Of a stretch of DNA of 64,000 nucleotides, positions 57,219-64,000 are shown in pieces (within the stretch, counting starts at the first letter, position 1; every line of letters begins with the position of its first letter). Position numbers and translations under genes: made by a program. The DNA comes from a virus: positions 15,188-79,187 of the IMG/VR virus record IMGVR_UViG_3300025085_000010. One strand, given 5' to 3'. The notes beneath the pieces are model-generated. The model searched no databases. It was given only the letters and a program-made list of their open reading frames with translations, and was not told where the DNA came from.

Positions 57219-57757
57219 TTAAAGTTATCAAAACTGGAATCAACGTATCTAAAATCGTCGAACAATTGAAGAAATATCCACAGGATTGGGATCACCAGAA
57301 AACTCTGGAAGGATCTCAATCCTTAGTTGATAGAGGGTTTGATGACTTGCCAGTTGGCGCACTTCAACTTATAATGGGTGGAGTCAAACACAAGGAAGAC
57401 TTTGTGGGAGACTCAGAAATCAACATCAAGACTCCTGCCTATGCACATCATAGTGAGATCCGAAAGATCATACGCAAGCAATTTAAGAATGCAGATATTC
57501 ACAGATGCGGCTTTCTTTCACTCCCTATTGATGGTATAGTTGGAGCACATATTGATGAAGGAACATACTATCTGAGCAGAAACAGATATCACCTTTCAAT
57601 ACTCGGAAGGTATCAATATTTCTGTGGCAAAGAAACTGTCATCGTTGAACCAGGAACTCTTCTTTGGTTCAACAACAAACTACCTCATGGCACCGTTAAT
57701 ATCGGTGATGAAACACGTATAACCTTCGTATTTGACATTCCGCATGGACAAAGTTGA
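57215..57757 (+). CDS. Aspartyl/asparaginyl beta-hydroxylase-like 2OG-Fe(II) enzyme
   Basis: AHIDEG, RYHLSI and WFNNKLPHGTVN...RITFVFD. Confidence 0.75.
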   Translation: MIKVIKTGINVSKIVEQLKKYPQDWDHQKTLEGSQSLVDRGFDDLPVGALQLIMGGVKHKEDFVGDSEINIKTPAYAHHSEIRKIIRKQFKNADIHRCGFLSLPIDGIVGAHIDEGTYYLSRNRYHLSILGRYQYFCGKETVIVEPGTLLWFNNKLPHGTVNIGDETRITFVFDIPHGQS

Positions 57758-59120
57758 AATCCTAATTTTAAGAAATCTTCTTTATAATGAGGAATATCTC
57801 CGTAAGGTAATTCCTTTTATTAAATCGGATTACTTTGAAGATCCTCATCAGAAGATCACATTCCAAGAGATTGAAAAATTTGTCACAGAGTATAATAAAC
57901 CTGCAACCAAAGAAGTTCTTTGTATTGAGGTAGAAAAACGTCAAGACATTACTGATACTTCTTTTACTGAGGTGACTAAACTCATTAGTTACCTTGAAGA
58001 TGTTGCTACAGACTATGATTGGTTGTGTGACACGACAGAAAAATGGTGTCGTGATCGTGCTATCTATCTGGCACTGATGGAGTCCATCGCACTCGCTGAT
58101 GGGAAAGATAAAGATAAAGACCGTGATGCAATTCCTAGTATTCTATCAGAGGCTCTGGCAGTTTCTTTTGATGCTCATGTAGGACATGACTACCTGCTCG
58201 ATTATGAGGAGAGATTTGAATCATACCATCGCAAAGAAGACAAGATTCCATTTGATCTTGAGTATTTCAACAAGATTACAAAAGGTGGTCTTCCGAACAA
58301 AACGCTTAATATTGCTCTCGCTGGCACTGGTGTCGGCAAAAGTTTGTTTATGTGCCATGTTGCAGCTTCCGCACTCTTGGGAGGGAAAAACGTATTATAC
58401 ATCACGGCTGAAATGGCTGAAGAGAAAATTGCAGAGAGAATTGATGCTAACCTGCTCAATATACCTATCCAAGAGATAACAGAACTTCCTAAACAAATGT
58501 TTGAGGAAAAGGTAACAAAACTATCGCAGAAAACTCAAGGTTCTCTTATAATTAAAGAGTACCCAACTGCTTCTGCACATAGTGGCCACTTTAGGGCACT
58601 TCTTAATGAGCTTGCACTTAAGAAGTCATTTAGACCTGATATTATTTTCGTTGATTACCTTAACATATGTGCTTCCGAAAGATATCGCGCAGGCAGTAAT
58701 GTCAATTCATATACAGTTGTCAAGGCTATTGCTGAAGAACTTCGAGGATTGGCTTGCGAGGCGAACGTACCTATCGTTTCTGCCACCCAGACCACTCGTT
58801 CTGGTTATGGCAGCAGTGATGTTGAGCTTACTGACACTAGTGAGTCCTTTGGTCTCCCTGCTACTGCTGATCTTATGTTTGCCCTTATTTCAACTGAAGA
58901 TCTTGAAGGACTCGGGCAAATTATGGTGAAGCAATTGAAGAATAGATATAATGATCCGACCATTTCTAAGAGGTTTGTGGTAGGTATCGACCGTGCTAAG
59001 ATGCGTCTGTATGATTGTGAGCAGTCAGCACAGGATGATATTCTTGACAGTGGTAAAGAAGAAGAGTATAATAACGATGAAGCAAAACCAAAAAAATCAT
59101 TTGAGGGATTTAAGTTTTGA
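57744..59120 (+). CDS. gp41: Replicative helicase gp41
   Basis: AGTGVGKS, IIKEYPT, VDYLNI, SATQTTR, SESFGLPATAD and KQLKNRY. Confidence 0.97.
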   Translation: MDKVEILILRNLLYNEEYLRKVIPFIKSDYFEDPHQKITFQEIEKFVTEYNKPATKEVLCIEVEKRQDITDTSFTEVTKLISYLEDVATDYDWLCDTTEKWCRDRAIYLALMESIALADGKDKDKDRDAIPSILSEALAVSFDAHVGHDYLLDYEERFESYHRKEDKIPFDLEYFNKITKGGLPNKTLNIALAGTGVGKSLFMCHVAASALLGGKNVLYITAEMAEEKIAERIDANLLNIPIQEITELPKQMFEEKVTKLSQKTQGSLIIKEYPTASAHSGHFRALLNELALKKSFRPDIIFVDYLNICASERYRAGSNVNSYTVVKAIAEELRGLACEANVPIVSATQTTRSGYGSSDVELTDTSESFGLPATADLMFALISTEDLEGLGQIMVKQLKNRYNDPTISKRFVVGIDRAKMRLYDCEQSAQDDILDSGKEEEYNNDEAKPKKSFEGFKF

Positions 59121-59410
59121 ACGGTTACTATTCTGTGTTTAATCCTAGAGGTGAAAAGATTGCTGATTGTGGTTCTGAAAAAGATGCAGTCAATCTTCTT
59201 GGCATGAGAAACCGTAGATGGGAAGGACATTATTATTCGTTCATTCCTTTGCCTGGTGACATTATTGATGTCTCTAATGGTAAACAACTTCCTACCCGAG
59301 ATATCGTTGTTAATATGGACGGTGGTGTTGGTGGTAGTTGGAAAGAAGTAGTAATTAAAGAACTCCCTCAAAATTGTCAAGAACCATTTATCCCCGATTT
59401 TCATGACTAA
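59117..59410 (+). CDS. Hypothetical protein
   Basis: 97 aa; TTG start overlapping the gp41 stop; fills the gap to mazG. Confidence 0.55.
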   Translation: MNGYYSVFNPRGEKIADCGSEKDAVNLLGMRNRRWEGHYYSFIPLPGDIIDVSNGKQLPTRDIVVNMDGGVGGSWKEVVIKELPQNCQEPFIPDFHD

Positions 59411-59813
59411 AGTTGATACTGAAAAATACGTAGAATTTGTTAAGGGTGTGACTAGCGATCCGTCTTTGGATTATGCTGCATTCCTTACTCGCACCAACTC
59501 TCTTGAACTTCAGGAGGATTGTAATGTGACACAACTTCTGACTGCAGCTCTTGGCCTTGCCGCAGAGTCTGGCGAGTTCACTGAAGTTGTGAAGAAGATC
59601 ATCTTCCAAGGCAAACCTTACAACGAAGAGAATGTCTTTCACATGAAACGTGAACTGGGAGATATCTGTTGGTATCTGGCACAGGCATGTATGGCACTTG
59701 ATACAACCTTTGATGAAGTGATTGAGATGAACGTTGAGAAACTCAAAGCACGATATCCAGGTGGAGAGTTTGATGTTCACTACTCCGAGAACAGAGAAGA
59801 AGGCGACGTTTAA
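59403..59813 (+). CDS. mazG: MazG-like nucleoside triphosphate pyrophosphohydrolase
   Basis: LGLAAESGEFTEVVKK, ELGDICWY and NVEKLKARYP. Confidence 0.92.
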   Translation: MTKVDTEKYVEFVKGVTSDPSLDYAAFLTRTNSLELQEDCNVTQLLTAALGLAAESGEFTEVVKKIIFQGKPYNEENVFHMKRELGDICWYLAQACMALDTTFDEVIEMNVEKLKARYPGGEFDVHYSENREEGDV

Positions 59814-60004
59814 TGCTTACTGCAATCAACTACATAACAGCATTCTGGACTGTAGTTGTGATGAATTGTATTCAACCGGTCAATTGGAAAGCATGTGCTC
59901 CAGTTCATGAATGGTTACTTCCTGAACTGGAGTATGCATGGAAACTCAAGACTGGTGAGATAGTTCCTTATCAAAATGAAAAGGATATTATTAATGGGTT
60001 ATAA
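59813..60004 (+). CDS. Hypothetical protein with hydrophobic N-terminus
   Basis: 63 aa; TAATG-coupled to mazG. Confidence 0.6.
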   Translation: MLTAINYITAFWTVVVMNCIQPVNWKACAPVHEWLLPELEYAWKLKTGEIVPYQNEKDIINGL

Positions 60005-60006
60005 TT

Positions 60007-60519
60007 GTGAAAATTATTGAGAATGTATTAAGTGATAGTTTTTTTAATGAAACACTAGATATTCTAAACAAACACTCCAGAGAATTCTGTTGGAAACCAA
60101 ATAAGTTTTTTTGGCCAGATTATTTGATGAAGGGTTTGTATGGGACTGTAATGGTTTCTCTTGCTCCTGAAGAATATGATCGTAAGTTTGCAAAAGAATT
60201 GTATAATGTTATTCCAGAGTTTGATAAGTTGAAATGCATCTTTCAGTGTTTTGATAGAGGTGCTGGTATCGCTGTTCATGATGATCTTGATCAATACAGA
60301 TGGGCAGCAACACTTTATCTTAACTTTAAGTGGAATGTGAATGACGGTGGAATTTTTTGTTGGAAACCAATCGATACTGATCAAGACTTTCTATGGAGAA
60401 GTATCGTCCCAAAGAAAAATCTACTCGTTATAAATGATCAAAACGAAAAACACTTTGTCACTCCAGTGAGTCCTTATTCGGAAGAAGAAAGATATACTGT
60501 TCAAATATGGGCAAAGTGA
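60007..60519 (+). CDS. Prolyl-hydroxylase-like 2OG-Fe(II) oxygenase
   Basis: VHDD, ATLYLN..W...DGG, HFVTPV and RYTVQIW. Confidence 0.8.
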   Translation: MKIIENVLSDSFFNETLDILNKHSREFCWKPNKFFWPDYLMKGLYGTVMVSLAPEEYDRKFAKELYNVIPEFDKLKCIFQCFDRGAGIAVHDDLDQYRWAATLYLNFKWNVNDGGIFCWKPIDTDQDFLWRSIVPKKNLLVINDQNEKHFVTPVSPYSEEERYTVQIWAK

Positions 60520-60523
60520 TCGC

Positions 60524-60596
60524 GGGGTTATAGCTCAGTTGGTAGAGCGCCTGCTTTGCAAGCAGGATGTCAGGAGTTCGAGTCTCCTTAACTCCA
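60524..60596 (+). tRNA. tRNA-Ala (anticodon UGC), CCA not encoded
   Basis: GGGGTTA/TAACTCC acceptor stem with the G3:U70 Ala identity pair; D arm GCTC/GAGC; anticodon arm CCTGC-TTTGCAA-GCAGG; T arm AGGAG-TTCGAGT-CTCCT. Confidence 0.97.
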
Positions 60597-60598
60597 TT

Positions 60599-60605
60599 CT
60601 AAATA
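60599..60605 (+). promoter_or_regulatory. Late promoter (CTAAATA)
   Basis: 2 nt after the tRNA discriminator base. Confidence 0.6.
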
Positions 60606-60625
60606 CTTAAAAAGTATTGTGTGTT

Positions 60626-61906
60626 ATGAGTAACACTGCCAAACAAGAAGATTGTTCTATTTTATTCTTTAAAGAGCACTGCGATAAGAAATTCAAACTT
60701 AGTGACAAGCAATACGCCGAGTTGGATAAGAAAGCATTTGGTAAGAGCGGAGTTTATCCTCAGGCAAATGCTGTTTGGAGAAGAAGTTATGATGAGCAAG
60801 TTATTGGTCTCATGAATTACATGATATCAAGGGGTATCACGACGACTGGTTGGTCTTGGTCAAGAGATCAGGCAAATGGTATGATGAACTTCTTGAATAA
60901 AATCGCACAACAGAAAGGTGGAGTCACAGGATCTCTTGACAGTTGGAATCCCATGGATGTTGTTGCTGTAAAAAAATCAGAAGAGGCAAAGATAAAAAAA
61001 AGAATAACTGAGATGTGTGATACTGGTGATAAACTATTAAATTTAAATACTTTGAATTCCTTAATGGAAGAATATATTAGAGATAAAAAATTGATGCCAA
61101 TATCTCTTAAGCAAGTGGGTAAGAACGAAAGAGGAACTTTTGAAATGAGTTCAAATCTTAAAACTAGAGAAGCAAAACGAAGATCTCTTCATGAGTTTAC
61201 TGCAGATAACTTTGCATGTGATTTGGCATGGGATGCGAATGCAAATGAATGGAAATTTGCACAGGAAATTTCTTGGGATATGATTGATAGTGGAGGTGGA
61301 GGCAGAGAGGCTATGTCTGTCCATGTTCAAGGAAGAACTTTTCAGGCAAAACAACCAAGAGAAAAACCTCAACATAGTGGTGCAGCTATTGGTGCTACAG
61401 GAGCTATGCTTGGTAAAGCATCTGTTGGAAAATTAGATGCTTTTGTAAAAAAATGTGGTTTAAGTGAAGTGCCTGCCCCAGCAAAACATCCACATATTCC
61501 CAATCCTGGGGCTGTTTGGTCTGATGCCGATAAAAAGTATTGGATTAATTTGTACAATACTCTGAAGAACGCATCTATTGATGGAAAAAGAATAGATTTT
61601 GGTAGACCAGGAAAATATGAAGAAGGAACTAATCCATCTGAAGATGGATTTGAAGCAGCACTTAATGAAGCTTGTCTTGCAGACCAAAGAGATGCGAAAA
61701 CAAAAACTGGTAGATCTGCTGGAAGTAGATTAACTGCAAAGTTGTGGGGAATGGAATGGTTGCATCGTTACTATATGATGTCTAAAAAGAAAAAGTTTGA
61801 TGTCTTCATGCATGTACTAGTTGATGCGATGAAGAAAGAGTCTTCAACTGCGGGACCTTTTGTTAAAGTGTTCGGTAAACCAGGACTTACCGCAAGAAGA
61901 TACTAA
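60626..61906 (+). CDS. PD-(D/E)xK-like endonuclease candidate
   Basis: TAKQE helix, DSWNPMDVVAV and LMPISLKQ motifs; ATG at 60626. Confidence 0.5.
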   Translation: MSNTAKQEDCSILFFKEHCDKKFKLSDKQYAELDKKAFGKSGVYPQANAVWRRSYDEQVIGLMNYMISRGITTTGWSWSRDQANGMMNFLNKIAQQKGGVTGSLDSWNPMDVVAVKKSEEAKIKKRITEMCDTGDKLLNLNTLNSLMEEYIRDKKLMPISLKQVGKNERGTFEMSSNLKTREAKRRSLHEFTADNFACDLAWDANANEWKFAQEISWDMIDSGGGGREAMSVHVQGRTFQAKQPREKPQHSGAAIGATGAMLGKASVGKLDAFVKKCGLSEVPAPAKHPHIPNPGAVWSDADKKYWINLYNTLKNASIDGKRIDFGRPGKYEEGTNPSEDGFEAALNEACLADQRDAKTKTGRSAGSRLTAKLWGMEWLHRYYMMSKKKKFDVFMHVLVDAMKKESSTAGPFVKVFGKPGLTARRY

Positions 61907-61909
61907 ATA
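61903..61909 (+). promoter_or_regulatory. Late promoter (CTAAATA)
   Basis: Upstream of the AAGGA RBS of the nucleotidyltransferase gene. Confidence 0.6.
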
Positions 61910-61932
61910 ATGTATAAGGATTATCAATATAA

Positions 61933-63156
61933 ATGAAAAGTTTCTTTCAGTTCCTGAATGAGGCTCAGTCGCAAGCAAGTATGCAAGCGAGAAAACTGAA
62001 CCTTGTAAGTGATGGCCACGGTGGTTGGTTAGATTCCCGTGGTAAATTTGTTGCGACTACTGAAGATGGTAAGTTAAAATTTGCAGATAAGAAGAAAAAG
62101 AAAGCAGAAGATGACAAACCTGCACAACAAAAAACAACACAATCAGAACCTGAAGCAAAGACTAAGAAACCTGCAACTCAAACGACTGGCGCGAAGAAAG
62201 CAGAAGCAGGTGAAGGAGATCAAACTTCTGGGGAGACTACAGAAACTCTGACTGTTACATTTGGTCGTTTCAATCCACCAACTGTTGGACACGGAAAACT
62301 CCTTGCCGCAGCCCAAAAGGCAGCACAGGGTGAAGATATGAAGATCTATCCATCACGATCGCAGGATGCTAAGAAGAATCCACTAGATCCTGATATGAAG
62401 GTTTCATTTATGAAGAAGATGTTCCCTGATTATTCTGAGAACATTATTAATGATGATGAGATGAAGTCAATCTTTAATGTATTGGTTGCAGCAGATGAGG
62501 CAGGATATAAGAACGTCAATATTATTGTAGGATCAGATCGTCAGGCAGAATTTGAGAACCTAGCAACCAAGTATAATGGTGAACTCTATAACTTTGACAA
62601 CATTCGTGTCATCTCTGCTGGTGTAAGGGATTCTGATGCAGAAGGTGTTGAAGGAATGTCTGCATCCAAGATGAGAAAAGCAGTCATGGATGATGACTAT
62701 GATTCATTCCGTAGAGGAACACCAAAAGAATTAAATGATGGTGATACCAAGGCACTGTTTAATGCAGTTCGTCAGGGTATGGGTTCTAAGAAGAAAAAAG
62801 AAGTTGCTGAGATGTGGGAGATTGCTCCTGAAATTGATCCGAAGGGGTTACGTGACAACTATGTATCTGGCAATATCTTTAATCTTGGTGATGTTGTAGA
62901 GAATTTAAATACTGGTCTGATTGGTAAGATTGTTCGCCGTGGAACAAACCATCTTATCTGTGTGACACAAGAGAACTATATGTTCAAGTCCTGGATTCGT
63001 GATGTTATGGAAGCAGTTGTGAATTATTCAGGTCCATCTGGGGTTCCATCAAACCAGAGAGAGGTTGGAACTGATGCAAATCGTAACTATACGATGAGAA
63101 TGACCGGCACGGCTGGTATTAAAAATTTAATAAATAAGTATAAGATTAAAAAGTAA
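61933..63156 (+). CDS. HIGH-superfamily (cytidylyltransferase-like) nucleotidyltransferase
   Basis: TFGRFNPPTVGH, IIVGSDR and MSASKMR. Confidence 0.85.
   Translation: MKSFFQFLNEAQSQASMQARKLNLVSDGHGGWLDSRGKFVATTEDGKLKFADKKKKKAEDDKPAQQKTTQSEPEAKTKKPATQTTGAKKAEAGEGDQTSGETTETLTVTFGRFNPPTVGHGKLLAAAQKAAQGEDMKIYPSRSQDAKKNPLDPDMKVSFMKKMFPDYSENIINDDEMKSIFNVLVAADEAGYKNVNIIVGSDRQAEFENLATKYNGELYNFDNIRVISAGVRDSDAEGVEGMSASKMRKAVMDDDYDSFRRGTPKELNDGDTKALFNAVRQGMGSKKKKEVAEMWEIAPEIDPKGLRDNYVSGNIFNLGDVVENLNTGLIGKIVRRGTNHLICVTQENYMFKSWIRDVMEAVVNYSGPSGVPSNQREVGTDANRNYTMRMTGTAGIKNLINKYKIKK
63130..63136 (+). promoter_or_regulatory. Late promoter (ATAAATA)
   Basis: Within the 3' end of the NTase gene, 32 nt upstream of ATG 63169. 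Confidence 0.5.
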
Positions 63157-63168
63157 GATAGTATCACC

Positions 63169-64000
63169 ATGTCTAATGGAATCGGATCTAACCCTTTGAA
63201 TGCTATTTCAAAGGTATACTTAGAGCAAATTGCTGAGAAAAAAGACGATTCATATCTTGAACCTGATATGAAGAAGCGTCAGGCAAATAACGAGAAGGCA
63301 CGTAAGGAAATGGAAAAGGTGAAGGGTCAGAAGAACCCTCACTTTGAGGAAAAGGATCCTTTCGGTAGACCAGATGGAAAGCATGGTGGTGTTCCTAAGA
63401 AGGGTGGTGGATATGATAAAGCATATCAAGCCAACATGAAGAAGGTTAAAGAGTTAGATAAGAAAGAAGGATGGGATGCTGTAAATGCTCTTGCTGATGC
63501 ATATAAAGAAATGCATCAGGTGGATGAGAATCGTGCTGCTATGGGAAGAATCGCCAGAGAATATAAGAAGAGGAAAGAAGAGGAGGGCATGAAAAAAAGG
63601 ATGGCGGATCATGCCGATAAAATGAAAAATGATCCTGAGTACGCCGCAAAAAGAAGAGCACAGAATAAAATTCATAGAGAAGAACTTGAGTTAGACGAGA
63701 ATCGTCGTGCTGCCCGTGCTGCTGGTGGGTATAAGGATGACTCTAAAAAGCAGAATGATCCCTCCAAGGCAGGTTTCACTGGCGTCGGTAACATGAGTAT
63801 CGACCAGATCCGTAAGATGTCTGCTCGTATGGATAAGGAAAAAACTCAGAAAGAAGGACTTGATCCTGTCGGTAAGGAAGATGGTGATGTCAATAATGAT
63901 GGTAAGAAAGATAGTACTGATTCTTATCTGATGAAGCGCCGTAAGGCAATTGGTAATGCCATCAAAGGCAAGATGAAGAAAGAAGAAGTTGAGAATGTAG
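63169..64000 (+). CDS. K/E-rich modular protein, 3' truncated by the window edge (not in the ORF track)
   Basis: Manually translated; open for 277 codons: MSNGIGSNPLNAISKVYLEQIAEKKDD...EGLDPVGKEDGDVNNDGKKDSTDSYLMKRRKAI...KKEEVENV. Confidence 0.8.
   Translation, partial: MSNGIGSNPLNAISKVYLEQIAEKKDDSYLEPDMKKRQANNEKARKEMEKVKGQKNPHFEEKDPFGRPDGKHGGVPKKGGGYDKAYQANMKKVKELDKKEGWDAVNALADAYKEMHQVDENRAAMGRIAREYKKRKEEEGMKKRMADHADKMKNDPEYAAKRRAQNKIHREELELDENRRAARAAGGYKDDSKKQNDPSKAGFTGVGNMSIDQIRKMSARMDKEKTQKEGLDPVGKEDGDVNNDGKKDSTDSYLMKRRKAIGNAIKGKMKKEEVENV

Noticed and set aside
53549-59120. Inteins or introns in gp43, uvsX or gp41 (gp17 and gp20 also checked)
   Set aside because: Lengths are typical, ORFs are continuous and no intein splice motifs are visible.
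58805-59404. 199 aa minus-strand ORF
   Set aside because: Antisense to gp41 and the following gene; no supporting signals.
60524-60596. tRNA as a prophage attachment site
   Set aside because: No integrase and no duplicated tRNA 3' end in the window; T4-like lytic gene content continues on both sides.

Overview
This is a 64 kb segment of a T4-like cyanomyophage (Kyanoviridae-type) genome; the host is inferred to be a picocyanobacterium. Every credible gene is on the + strand. From 1 to about 33 kb is the virion module: baseplate wedge gp7-like (5' truncated), gp8, a VrlC/DUF4815-like protein, neck gp13/gp14, gp15, terminase gp16/gp17, sheath gp18, tube gp19, portal gp20, protease gp21, scaffold gp22, capsid gp23 and gp3, punctuated by (T/A/C)TAAATA late promoters. 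From about 33 to 60 kb is the replication/recombination module: uvsY, uvsW, gp55, gp47/46, a CobT-like/CobS-like pair, gp45/44/62, regA, hsp20, gp43, uvsX, gp41 and mazG. Accessory enzymes are interleaved (flavin halogenase-like, three 2OG-Fe(II) oxygenases, sulfotransferase-like, SpeD, DenV-like, DruA/DUF4338-like). The window ends with tRNA-Ala(UGC), a PD-(D/E)xK-like nuclease, a HIGH-motif nucleotidyltransferase and a truncated K/E-rich ORF. Most interesting signals: (1) a putative head-packaged cargo system of late-expressed modular polyproteins whose basic modules are separated by gp21-type (I/L/V)xE sites, plus a nucleotidyltransferase with a T4-style capsid-targeting N-terminus; (2) a ROSE-like RNA thermometer on hsp20, flanked by two candidate late sRNA units; (3) a pervasive G-[IVLF]-x-[ST] motif in virion proteins; (4) a two-gene island (Cys-His-Asp enzyme plus ParB/Srx-like protein) between regA and hsp20; (5) an NblA-like gene among structural genes. 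All calls come from by-eye motif recognition and gene order; no database searches were run.
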